A stretch of DNA of 64,000 nucleotides, taken from NCBI RefSeq assembly GCF_002105155.1, contig NW_019029019.1:1-64000 (forward strand), in the 5' to 3' direction. A program made the position numbers and the translations under genes. A model generated the notes under the pieces. That model was given only the letters and a program-made list of their open reading frames with translations, was not told the DNA's origin and made no database searches. Within the stretch, counting starts at the first letter, position 1, and every line of letters starts with the position of its first letter. Shown here in pieces: positions 14,048 through 26,278 of the stretch. This DNA is from Lobosporangium transversale. Its lineage: Eukaryota.

Positions 14048-16340
14048 AAAGAGCTGTTATGGAGAAAAGTCTTCAATTATGCACCAAAGTGTAAATAAAT
14101 ATATATACTGTATATGTATATGCAGACATGCAGCACCGAAAGATCAGTGCATCTTGAATGAAAAGGTGCTAGATTCGACCCCAATGGTCTTTTTTTTTTT
14201 TTTTTTTTTTTTTTTTCTTAATCCGCGTGGCATTGTTGGCCAGGACTGGACTGTTTGAGAAACGCCTTGTTTTAGTCTGTGATGCAGAGTAAATGACGCT
14301 GAGTAAGAAGGAAAAGGAAGCATCTATCTATCAGATGAAAGAAAAAAAAAAGGTCCAACAGACTAGATGGAATACTTTCAAGAAAAGTTTTGCTGAGTTT
14401 AGTATCATTTTGGATGTATGTGCGTGAGTTTTTCTTTTTTTTTTTTTTGGCTTTACTATCTTGTCGTGTGTATTGGCGGAGTAAATAAAAAGAGACTAGA
14501 TCTGGTTACCCTCTGTAATATATACATGTGCAGTATACAAATATGTGTGTACCTTTTGTCTCTTTAGTCAAAAGATGATGACAACCTGACCCGAGTCAAA
14601 CTTATCAGATTCTGGCAATCCTGTGCCAGCATCTTATCAGATTTTTTTTTTTTTTTTTCCCAAGACGTTGTGATCTAGCCTCTTCAAGTAGAAGGAGAGA
14701 AAGAAAAGAGGACTAGACTGTATGTAATTCTGTCAGTTTTCACCTGAAAGGGGAGGAGGGGGCTAAAGGTCTAGTGCGGTCCGTGGCAATCCACATGCTT
14801 GGATGGTCCAAAAGAAGAAGGACTGAGTTCTCAAATTGTACGCCTGTGAATATTTTTGGAAGTGTCCAGCGGGCCTTCATCTCTTGTCTTTTAAGGTTAA
14901 TGTTATGCAATGCTGTATGTATATATTTGTACAAGCACTATTCAATAGCAAATTCAACTGTTGTGGATGCAAGTGTTACCTCGACCTGTTCCCCATGCAA
15001 AACAGGAACCATCGCTACAAGGACAAAAGTTTTTTTTTTTTTTTTTTTTTTTTTTTCTTGGTCTTCATCGATACGGAAGGAAAAAAAAAAAAAGAAAAAA
15101 AAAAAGAAAAAGAAAAAGAGAAAAAGCTCCCTAGAGATAGGCTGACCACCACCTGGTACGAGATGTCCTCCGCGCTTCAAAGGATTGAACTATATAAGAA
15201 AGGAGCTGCACAACACAATAAAATGAGCTCTAGATAAGTATGCAGTACGACGCGACCTCTGATTCTGCTTTGTCCTCTATCATCACTCCACCTGTGCCTT
15301 CTTCAAGTCTTTTCATTCCTTTCTCTCTCTCTCTCTCCTTCTCCTTCTCTTTCTCTTTCTCTTTCTCTTTCTCAGCCACTTCTTGATGTCTGACAAATTC
15401 ATATTCACTTGTCTGCATTGTCCGTGGAGCATTTCTCTCTTTCTCTCCCTCTCTCTGCGCCTTTTTGTGTGAGCAAGTAGAGGGTACAAAGCAAATGTTG
15501 GACAAAGCAAAGCCCTCTGTTCCGTGGACAAACATTAGTCCAGCATAACAGGGTCCTCATGCTCTTTTTTATCTTTTTTTTTTTTTTTTTTTTTTCCCTT
15601 CTGACCAGCTTTCTTGCTTGCGCCTTTACTTTACTTTCCTATGACCTCTTACTTTACTCTCTTATCGTACCATCAAACCATCAATGATCACATCATCACT
15701 GCATGACAATATCAATCCGCATGTTTATGTTGTTGATTTGTTTTTTTTTTTTTTTTCTTTTAACTTCATTATCTTTATTATCGTGAGCCAATCTTTCAAA
15801 TCCCTTGCGACCGATTTCTGAGAATTTCATTTTTTTTTTTTTTTTTTTTTTTTTGTTTACATGTACAATAATCATCATTCGTTCAAAAGAAAAAGAAAAA
15901 GAAAAAGAAAAAGAAAAAAGGCCTCCTCACTTTCTTTCTTTTTTTTCTTTATCAAAAAAACATGGTTTAGATCAAGGCGATATCACGCAACTGTGTTGAA
16001 AAGGGAGTTTAGATACATACAATACTGTTCACACGACAATGGAGAGGAGAGGAGAAGGGGGGAGGAATATCTTTCATCGATATGCATGATAACGCATAAT
16101 TAGTTGACTCCAATACATTGACATCAATTGCGATAATGGGCAACAACAAACAAACAACAAAAAAAAAAAAAAAACAACAACAACAACATGCAGTACATGT
16201 ATATAGTCTACACGGACAAAGAGAAAAGAATGAACCATTTAGTCTACATGTACATATTGAAGACAAAAGAAAAAAAAAAAAAGAGGAACGAAACGTAATG
16301 GACGATGAGGACACACATGTCGTTAATTTATTTGGATAGA

Positions 16341-17538
16341 TTAAATGATCCCAATTACAAATACGTTGTTCCTTTTATGGGTGTTGTTCACCCCACAGCG
16401 ACTGCACTGGTAAGAGTCAGGAGCAGACCGTGTCGATTCTTTGATCGAGGATTTTTTATAAGCAGAAAATCGGTTATTACGATTATTCTTGCTTCTAAGA
16501 GGCCCTACAGTGGTAGAGTCCTGTGGAGACTTCTGCTCCTTTTGTGCTCGGAGAGCAGAAGTGGGACCGCTTAGATCGCTAAGAATCTTAACAAAGTCCC
16601 TGATGGAGATGAACTTCTTCACCATCCTTCCTTTGAGGGTGTAGAGACGACTCACCATTACGTTGTGTGTCTCCGAGTCTATCGCGGATGTGAGTAAACC
16701 AAGTACCATCTCATTGTCATCCTTAATGCCATAAACCCTTACCTCTTTTGAAAATCTTATGGCGAATTGCTGGAAGGTCTCCGTTCTTTTCCGTCCTGTC
16801 TCCAGCATCTGTTTCATCTCAGTGGTGCGTTCTTGCTCATTGAGCGAAGTACTCAGGAACAGTATTTCACATTTTTCCCAGGTGAGCTCGTGTGCCTCGT
16901 GCTTCTTCATTTCGCGCATGAATAATTCTTTATGATGTTCGCTCACTATAAGGAGCTGGAGGTATCGACTGCACAGCTTCTCAAATCGATCTTTGCCTAG
17001 TAGCGCGGAAAGATAGTTTTTTAGTCGATCAAGAAACGTACGGGCATTTGAGTCTTCATAGAAACGCGGCATGTCATCCGTGACCTTGAGGGTGACCTCA
17101 TTGCTGCCAGAACTGTGGGTTGTTTTGGATGGAGTTGCATAGAGTGCCAACACCTCCCTCTCAGTATCTTGCAACAATGAAATCTTGTACGAAACAGCGT
17201 CGAGCTCAGCTTGGGTTTTTTTTTTTTTTTTTTTTTTTTTTTTCCAGAACTTGCTTATTGTTGCTGGGCGCTAAAGGGTCGGCGGAGCGTGCCAACTGAC
17301 TGGCAATGGCTCTCTTTCTTAACACCAGGGCCTTGTGTTCGGCGAGGAGTTGCAGGAGCAGTTCTTCGTCGCTGAGAGGACTGCTGGGGATGACCTGCTC
17401 TTCTTCAAGCAAGTCATCAATATTCATGTCTTGTTCAAGATCGGTCAGAACATAATCATCCTTTCGTTCATTATTCTTGGACGGTATCATGCGGACGGAC
17501 TGGCCAGAAGTAATGGTGTTTGTATTGGAGGAGAACAT
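16341..17538 (-). mobile_element. LTR-retrotransposon gag-like relic, frameshifted in an A28 tract and truncated at the zinc knuckle
   Basis: ORFs 17538-17206 and 17177-16341 join if the A28 run (17216-17243) is shifted (…K-TQAELDAVSYKISLLQD). Capsid-like segment (ARTFLDRL...LTWEKCE...ETFQQFAIRF), basic linker, incomplete CCHC (CSRCGVNNTH). No pol or LTR seen. Confidence 0.6.
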
Positions 17539-17843
17539 GTTTTTTTGTGTGTGTGTGTATGTGTAGTGCTGCGAGAACTGAATGTGGATCGCAGCACCAC
17601 ATTGTCCGAGTATTTATTCATTCATTTTCTACATATAAAATTGATATCCCAATGTAAATTATATTATCCTTTTGTACGTGTACATTTGTACGTGTGATCA
17701 GATATGCAATAAGCAACAACTCTCTCCCTCCTCGAGGAGAACGAAGCATGAGTTCGTGGTTCAGGTACAGAGCATATGAGGCTGTGCTGAAAAAGAAAAA
17801 AAAAAATGCTGATTGCTTAGAGACCATTATTTCTCCCTCTCTC

Positions 17844-17875
<32 letters not shown>

Positions 17876-18639
17876 GACCACATGCAGGAAGAGACATTGA
17901 TGATTGGTTGGAGATCGTGACGCTTCAAGTCACCACTGCAATTCGCAAAATGTTAATTGGTCGAGTAAGATCATGTGGATTAGTAATGTCAGGAACGAAT
18001 GAGAATGAAGAAAAAGATGTTGATGGATGGATGGATGATTGTGGACATAAATTGTTTGCCATTCAGTTTTCATCCCTCCATTCCTCATTTCACTACTCTC
18101 ACACTTTTCGACCAAACTTCAAGAGACCTCATATTTTCGTTGACACCTCCCGTATTAATACATTGATGTATTTGCGGATTGAGATTCAAGATGGCCCAAC
18201 AGGTCGCCTCACCTCACACTCTAAATGGACCACTCTCAATGCTGCTCGAAAATCTCGGATGCTGCTTCATTAATCGGGCGCTGCTCGATTTATGGGGACT
18301 TGGATTCGCGCCTTGTGCTTGCTGAGATAGAGTTCTTGCTTATTGCCTAAACTCTGCCTTTCCTCAACCCACCCTGCGTCCATTCTCCAGCGAGCGTACA
18401 CACCAAGCTTGGCGGGCGCTAGGATGACATACTCTTTCAAATTGTCGTTTCTAGAATCTGGCTAAACTATCTAACGGCAACATCAACGAATCCAAGGCCA
18501 ACCAAATCGGTCAAAGCTATAGCAAATATAATCCCACGGAGCTAAGTGACATTTATAGAGCAATGATGCCATACTAGCTCCCAATGTAAATACTCTGCGT
18601 TCAAAAGCATGTAAAAAGTAAAGTAAGACAAGAAGAAGT

Positions 18640-20410
18640 CTAGATGAGTTCTATTTATAAATACTGGGATTGTCCATTTGTCTAATTTACGGTATTGATG
18701 ATCCTTGTTCGTCGTAACTTGAAGGTGATAGTTCGGAGCAATTAACATTTCCACACAGGCAAAGGTCTTACTATTTGGGATCCATAGCGACCCTTGTTTC
18801 TTGTCCTTGTAACACCCAAGAGTATTGAACCATTCAACCTTCAGGCTAGCTTCGATATCGATGGTTATTTCAGTATTGTCATCAAAGTTCCTAGCCTTAA
18901 AGCAGCGATTATCTTCTGTCGGATAATGGTGAAGAAGACAGCTGATGTAATATAGTGAACCCTTATTTTGTTCAAAGTTTTGAAGTATCTTCAATGGGTT
19001 CATGAGCTTGTCAAGGGCTTCATTAACGCGCTCAAGTGCACTGCTTTCTGCTTTTGCTCTCGCTTCATTTTTACAACGATCCTCTGGGGAGTCCACCAAT
19101 CATCTCATACAGGAGTTCCATAAGATCTTCCGGGACCTTATGAAAGGTTTCAACCTTGTCTCTGCATTATTTCAGCTCATCTAGATCCCACGGTGCCATG
19201 TAGTATTTCCATGGGACTTCCTCCTCGATTTCTTGATACAGATTGTTGTCAGAATTAAAAGTTTTTGGAGACACTGAAAAGATAGTCCTGGCAGTCAAGA
19301 GCCTTGGTGCTGGTGGGCTGTTGACTAGGAATCAAGTATTAGGTAGCCACAGGAAAGAGGTTTGAAATCCTCTATGATCCCACCGAAAGCATAGCACATT
19401 GGGTCTTCCTTTTGCTGGATGATAATAATACGTGGGTCTTCCAGGTACTCCTATTCGAACCATTCGAATCGAATTTCACTGCTATCGAATTCGATTCGTT
19501 TTCGAATAGATATCTAAATTCGAACCATTCGATACTCAAACCATTCGATACTCAAACCATTCAAACCATTCGCGTCATTCGGATCACTCGAACTATTCGA
19601 ATCGATCCAGGATAGGGCTTATTCGAAGCCATTCGAATTCGATTTGTTCGAATCGAATAGGAGCACTGGTCTTCCTCACTGCTAATGGCAAGCATTCGGA
19701 TGGCAAAGTATACGAGAAAGGATGATTTTCCTATACCGACTGTCCTTGTGAGAACCATTTGGGGGTCTTCGGCCTTTATATCTCTGTCTACACCAAACTT
19801 CTTGATGTTCTCATCGTAGAGTTCTTTGAAAGCTGATCTTACGTACAAATCTGGCATCTTGAGCATAGGAAATCTTATCCCCAAAGGGCTGGATATCACG
19901 TCGATTTCTTGAAATGATGCGTTTTGGAGAGAGGTGGCCATTTGGGGTATTGAATAGTAGTGGTCTTCCTCTCTCACCATGATGCCAACATTTTTAAGTA
20001 TTGAAACCAGCTCTTTACTCATAAGGGCACGGAGACGTGGGGCGCCGTTTATTAAACCCTTTTGGGTAAGTCCTGCCGCATTAATTGCCTCCATTAGCTG
20101 ATCTCGGCCTCTTTTTTTGAGATGATATCCAAGGTCGCCCTCGGTTAAATAGCGTAGCCGAGACACATCTCTCCAATAACAAATAAAAAAACTCAATTGC
20201 AACCATACCTTGCTGTGGTGGCTTGACAAAAGCATGGATAGTTTCCTCTGGAAGTTCAGAATTAAATATGTCCCCAAGCTTCTTTGGCGCGGGTGTGAGA
20301 GCCTCGTTCGACACGATTTCTGACTCAACGACGCAGTTCAGAATCAGCAGCAGTGAGATGGCGCTTTGTTCGTTGTGGTTGTTGGTTTTCTCTTTTTCGT
20401 TTATTGAGTG
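18640..20410 (-). pseudogene. Crinkler (CRN)-like effector/toxin pseudogene: header end, P-loop NTPase and restriction-endonuclease-like C-terminus
   Basis: LGDIFNSELPEETIHAFVKPP resembles the HVLVxxP end of CRN headers. Degenerate Walker A (LTRTVGIGKS). C-terminal LWIPNSKTFACVEML..LQVTTNKDH. Broken by a MITE, stops and frameshifts; ends approximate. Confidence 0.7.
19443..19667. mobile_element. 225-bp MITE with 8-bp target-site duplication (hAT-like)
   Basis: TIRs AGGTACTCCTATTCGA / TCGAATAGGAGCACT; GGTCTTCC on both sides (19435-19442, 19668-19675); interior packed with TTCGAA-type repeats. Removal restores SSEEDPRIIIIQQKEDPMCYAFGG. Confidence 0.85.
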
Positions 20411-22007
20411 TGGAGGTATCCTCAGGCTTATTTGTAGTCGTTTTTTTTTTTTTTTTTTTTTTTTTGTGCTTGGCTCCTTGTGGAATCATTTCAAGCCATT
20501 CTTTTTTGTACTAGGTTTCTTGTAGTGACCATTGTTAATTAAGATAAGTGAGAAAATGAGAAAGGCAAAAAAAAGGAAGGGAAAAATAATGAATGAAAGC
20601 TTGGAAAGAGGAAGAGAGGAAGAAGAAGAAGAAAGGGATGCGACTAAAAAGCAAGTGAGTGCATAAATGAAGTTAAAGAAAGTTGGACCATGCCATTTTC
20701 TTGATCATTGCGACGTCAAAGCCAGCCATATCTTTTAGGAAAGAGGGGTTCCCAATAGTTTCGTGTAAAGAAAAGGGGAGCCATGCCACGATAGATATTT
20801 AGCCAGGTGCTAGGACGACAATTATATTATAGAAAGAATTTGTCGTCCTAGTACCCGCCAAGCCTGGTGCGTGCACAGATCCTCTCTGCACCGCTAGGTT
20901 GGTGATAAGCTTAGAAAAAGTGAGAAAAAAAAAGAGACCAGTGATTTGGGTGTGTGTAGTTATAAACATACCCAGCAGCCACACAGAGAACGACCGTGGA
21001 ACGAGCAAATTTGCCCCTTTAGCTTTCATCAACTCATGCAGGCCAGGTCCAGTTCCTACAAGAAGAAAACAGCCAGCTATTGGATTCTTGCCACCCATGT
21101 GAAGCCACAGTTATGGTGCATAGGAGCAACGTCGGTGTTCCGGCCTCCCGATTTGCATACCAAGGATGACCAATCAGCAGTATAAAACAACTAGCAATAA
21201 CCAAGCAAAAACAAGCCAGCAAAAATCAATCAATAAAAATCAATCAGTAGAAAAATCATTAGAATCCATTTATCAAGCTTTGTCATCGCGATGCTACCAC
21301 GGCCATCTTTAAAAGGCCTCCGCCCCTCTGCGCATTTCCCAATTCACCTTCTTCTACCCAGATTAAAGATAAACAAGCGTCTATCTTTATTATTCTCTAG
21401 CTCCATCTTGGTTTCTTTATGCTGAGGTATGTTGCCGAGTCAGCCTCCATACTGATCTAAAAAATGTTTTGAAAAAAAAAAAAAAAAAAAACGGTGGGAA
21501 GTGCCTTGCGCATATGGCATCTCAAATGTGGCCTAGAAAGTTTAAACTCATCAGGATGGCAGCAAGAACTGTGAGGGGTTTCCGCGTTCGCCTCGCGAAG
21601 CGCTCGAGAAAGCAATTATTGGGGAGATCGACTCTCCCTTCACACCTTCACAAGTTTGTAAGTAAAAGGATCTTAGTTTTCATATGCTCGAGCAATGCCA
21701 TTCTTCTGTCTATGGAAACTTAGACTAACTTCAACTTGTACATGTAACAAATCAAGGGTATGCCACAATATTATATTGAGATACGTTGTGTTCTCCCTTG
21801 CCCAAACCCTCCACTTTGGCTTCTTCAATTATTTTCTCATTTTGATTGTTTATTTCTTCGGGATTAGGATTTCCTGGTACCACGTCGACCTCATTGCGGA
21901 TTGCTCATACCATCCAGAATAAGGTAAGTTGTGTATTGTTCTAAAAAATGAGTGAGAGTTTTCTAGAGTCATTGCCGGCCCCTCTGAATTCTTTCTGCAT
22001 TTGCTAG

Positions 22008-23904
22008 AATAGCTATATTGATCCATTCGTAGAGGAGGATGCCTTGTCCAGTCCGTCTATGTGGGCCTTGTCATCAAATTTAAAGGGAAAGCGGGCCGCC
22101 ACTGGATCTTTACAGACCACAAACAAGGAGAGGAGCAATATGACTTTGTCAAGGGACGAGTATGCCGGCGTTGAAGAGAGTCTGGACAGTACTGAGACCA
22201 CAGATAAGCATGGTGATGCAAGCGATGTGGCTGTTGTGGACCGACCGAAAATTATCTCAGAAGCATGCTCATTGATACAAAAGGAAAATGGGGTAGAGTA
22301 CGCGCAGGTGCTGTATTTGGCCCCCACTGATCTGTGAGGTCCTTGATTAAACATCTTTCATTATAGGAACAATAGTGCCCTTCAAATATCAAAACAAAAA
22401 ATGTGACATTTCGACTATTGCGTTCGCCTAAAAATGGCAAATGGCAAATTTTTGTTTTGATATTTGAAGGGCGCTAATCCGTGTCTCTCCCACCAACCAG
22501 AGTGCTACTGAGACACAGCAGGACGTCAAAGTCGGGTATTGCTCCAATTACTGCAAGGCATGGTGGCCATCAACCCCCAGAGCATGATGTCAATGATGGA
22601 GCCAGAACACCACCACGTAATGTTCAGGGATACTGTGAGGAGATTCCTCTTGCAAAAGAGTAAGTGGGATCCTCTTTAGATCTTGAGTTTATACGACTGC
22701 CGCACAATCTCTAACTCATGGCTTCCGTCTCAATATTTTCATAGCCTTGAGGCTGTTTTTAGACACGTTGGTATCTCCGAAAATTTCCTACTACGTGAGG
22801 CTGACCAACGTCTATAAGACGATGCCAGCAAATGGTTCAAGGCAAAGAATTAAGACATCAACTGAACTGACGATAGCTGAGATGAGAACGACACGTTTCC
22901 AAGAAGATTGGATTCACGATCTGCTCTACTACAGGTAACGGTCCGTTCTTTGGTATTTATAACGTATTCGACATGTGCGCAGTACGTTATTGATTATTGT
23001 TCTTACCGTCATCATCAATAGACTGATACTCCTACGTGCAGGACTCAACCCAAATGTCGACGAAAACACATACACCTCGTTTTGGGTCTCACCTGATTTT
23101 TTCGCTCTTCAGACCAGCGTACAAGGTCTCATCAGCTCTGGTTTCGTCAATGAATCCCATTTTGGGCCTTCTGCTTGGCGCCGTTCCCTCGCAAGAGGCA
23201 CACAGTCGTCGAAAGGTACGAATGTGGATGCGTACTTCATCGGAAGGGATGATTATGTGGACGTAATTTTCGAGAACATCAGTCCCCCTTCCTGTACCAA
23301 CCATTCAAAACACCATGATGACAAAGAAAAAACATGGCGCAATGCCGTGGATGCCTTACTAGAAAGATACTACAATTCGTCCGGTTCCTTCGAAATTGCC
23401 AAGGGCTACAAGATCGTATGCGTCATTGTGTTTGGTAAGTTATCTTGATACTGTTGCATTTGGATCTTGCGCTTGGCATCGACTAACATATAGTTTGATG
23501 ATGCGCCTACTCTATTCCAGGTTATGATATCTCGATCTACACCGTCAGCATATTGGACAGGAACGAGTATCTAGTGCAGAAGGTATTCCAGGACAAGTGT
23601 CATGTCCGTCGAGATGTATATCTTTCCAAGTTACTTGTGCATTTGAAGATTTGTCTTGCAATTAAGGTATGTTTATTGTTTACCGCTCTCACTCACACTA
23701 TCTTTGTTACATTGTTTCTGATCCTGAACTTTGTGACCTACAGCACAGACTATTATGGAGGACAACTGGGATGTCTGTGTCGAGTTTGACAATTCCATCG
23801 AGTCTACTGTGAAGGAAGAACAAGGACATTTTAACATGAAAATTCATACCACTTCTATGAAGGCTCAAATCTCGCCTACGAAGAACAGAAGATTACCAAT
23901 ATAA
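22008..23904 (+). pseudogene. Multi-exon hypothetical gene with a possible PD-(D/E)XK-like C-terminal domain, interrupted by a MITE; 5' end not resolved
   Basis: GT-AG-bounded exons (about 22008-22307, 22367-22660, 22745-22934, 23022-23434, 23521-23666, 23749-23904). Motif NVDAYF...VIFENISPP...KHHDDKEKTWRNAVDAL. The MITE creates TAG at 22373-22375. Confidence 0.55.
22374..22475. mobile_element. 102-bp MITE, ~27-bp TIRs, AAT target-site duplication (PIF/Harbinger-like)
   Basis: AGTGCCCTTCAAATATCAAAACAAAAA ... TTTTTGTTTTGATATTTGAAGGGCGCT, with AAT at 22371-22373 and 22476-22478. Confidence 0.8.
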
Positions 23905-24329
23905 GTCGAGGCTCTGCATCAATACCGCAAGGTCTTCAGCATGAAGAAGGAACTAGAGTCTTGTATCAGTAGTTATATCAACTTGTCATCAAATAAACTG
24001 ATTGCTCGCATGGATTAACGTGACTCTGAGACCTTGATGGTGCCACGAAATGCATGAAAAGATTGCTATCACGATCCAGTTAGATACCCTTAAGATACAA
24101 GAGTTGTTGGCAGTTCCGTGGTTGTGCATTTGACTTTGTTCTTTATCGCCTTTTGTTCATACTTGCCCCTGATTATCCACAGAATTGGCACTGAGTGTTC
24201 ATACGCCATTATAGTCTTATTAATTTAGGGCTATCACTTTGGATGGATTTCTTATCCATCGAACCCTCCCTTATTGCTCCTGTAACACTTGTTCGTAGTA
24301 CGTGGGATTACTGGCGCCATGTCAAGCCA

Positions 24330-24648
24330 CACAGACAGACGTTTTCTTAATGCGAGCAACGCTTGTATTCAAAATGTGGCTGGATTGAGTGAAACCAGCA
24401 GGAAGCTTTTAGAGCAACATGGAACCATAGCCAAGCAATCTCCGTCTTTAGTCAAACATGAGGAGTCCAAACAGATTCTGACGGCATCATCAGTGGCATT
24501 CAAGCCTAGAGCAGCCCTCAGTCAGGTGGATTGCTGTCAAAATTCATCAACAGAGGCGCTCTTAGGGACAGTAGTTTTGAGTGAGGGGCTACCATCGGTA
24601 GCAGTGATAAGGTCAATTAGATCGACCAAAGACTACCAGTTCAAATAC
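24330..24648 (+). pseudogene. Orphan 3' fragment of a NACHT-WD40 gene (post-WD40 tail only)
   Basis: FLNASNACIQNVAGLSETSRKLLEQHG...KDYQFKY aligns by eye with VLNASKIRIQDVDGLGEANRKLLEQRG...RDFRFKY at the end of the 46634-52796 gene. Confidence 0.85.
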
Positions 24649-25163
24649 AGAGGTGGCGTGCAATAAGTGAAGAGAGAGATGACCAAGAGAGGCAGGTAAA
24701 GAAGTTTGAGAGAAGCGGAAGAGAAGTGACCAAGTAAGACCAAGAGGTGAAGAAAGAAGCGATAAAGTCCATTCAGCTTTACAGAACATTATTGCAGCGG
24801 ATCCACTTCTTGGTCCAAAGCCTCATGAAACAAAAACAAAAATACATAAAGGACTATTTTCTTTTTCTACAATCAATGCAATGAGACAGGAGTGAACAAA
24901 TGGCAATTGCATGCTAATTAAACATTTAGCGATGATGGTGAAGAAGATTCAGGAAGGTTAGACCTGAGTTTAGTGCTTTGATTTCTTTTGCCACCAATGT
25001 TAGACGAGAAGTGGATAGGCAACTTGGTATGTAATTTTTTTTTTTTTTTTTTCTTTTTCATCCGCAGTCAATTGTTGTGAGTTGTAATCAAAAATGGCTT
25101 GACGGTGTGAAATATCTAATAAACATGGTGCAATGCTGCGATACTGTCTACCTTTTCTATCGC

Positions 25164-25238
25164 AATCCTAATAATCCTAACAATCCTGACAATCCCGACC
25201 ACCCTGACAATCCTGACAATCCTGACAATCCTGACAAT
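25164..25238. repeat. 9-bp tandem repeat (AATCCTGAC)n, about 8 units, mirrored at about 37854-37928
   Basis: Directly visible. Confidence 0.9.
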
Positions 25239-26278
25239 GCAGTTCCTCAAAGCAGTAAGACAGGCAAGACAATGTGTTTCTCGGGATAGCTTTGTTTAAG
25301 GTTGCGACTACGCACATCTACATCTCTGCGTCATAGTGCAGTAAAATATATTCACCCCACTCCGCCCACTCTCTGCTCTCTTTGTTGTCTTGCAATCTTA
25401 CCAAAACAAGCAAACAAACAAACTCTGTTGGTATGAGAGCACAGACCACGCAGCAAAGAGCTGCAAACGAAAATAAAAATAAAAAGAGCCAGGATGCTGT
25501 TGATTGTCAAAGGCAGATGGGATTGTAGCCAGATGGATGCTTGTTGGATATTTCAGAGGATGAAGAGAAATTAAATGGGTTTTCATTCAATAGCATTAGA
25601 GGGGAAATGGGACTGCACTTTGTTGAAAAAAGATGAAAAAACCTCCAAATTGCGAAGCGCTTTTCATACGGAAAAAAGGTCCCACAATCGATCGACCATG
25701 TCAAAGGTTGGTGACAGATGAAAGAAAGCAAGCCACTAGGTCCTGACAACGTATAAAAAGGCCTCTCTTTCCTTTCTCTTTTGAATCTGTAACGGTGTAA
25801 CGGCCTCCAAAGCGTTGAGTTAGTGCGCTCGAGAGTACTAGCCAATGTCCAACGGACTCCATTTGCAGCCTGCAGGACGCTGTAGGTTGGATGGCGGGTT
25901 GGGCCCTGCGACGGGCGTGTCGGTAGACTGCTCTAGGGTTTATGGACCGGGGGGCGCGCAACCAGACCACCTCCACGTGGTGCGCCCTGGGCTGTCTGCT
26001 TCGCGGCAGACAGGCGAAGAGTCTGGTGTCTTTTTGTTATTTATTTATGCACAACTACCCATCAACACTCTACTGCCCATTATGGGTGTCAAAATGGAAA
26101 TAAAAAAAAGATCTTTCTGGCATCGTCATGTTTATATGGCAATGGTGACTTCATAATGAGAAAGCCGCAGCTTTTATTGTCCTTTCTCTAGAGTCCAAGT
26201 CTTTGTCGCAAGGCCAGCATGGGATCTCCTTTTTCTGCCCACTTTCTTAGACCTGCAGAACTGTGTATCGAGCTCGTT

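Larger units (their letters stand above)
3929..14642. promoter_or_regulatory. Cluster of ATCTGATA(A) GATA-type motifs, candidate iron-repressor (SreA/Urbs1/Fep1-like) sites
   Basis: ATCTGATA or its reverse complement at 3929, 5714, 5757, 6411, 6620, 7092, 10718, 10934, six times in 11169-11246, 11572, 13769, 14329, 14603, 14635. It matches the ATCWGATAA consensus known for Aspergillus SreA and lies upstream of a ferric reductase. Confidence 0.6.

Noticed and set aside
4188..16339. Many short ORFs rich in poly-Phe or poly-Lys
   Set aside because: Translations of non-coding A/T homopolymers and microsatellites; only the 12875-13572 gene is supported.
20799..21222. GC-richer patch with short ORFs and a possible intron
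   Set aside because: No consistent reading frame or family motif could be built.
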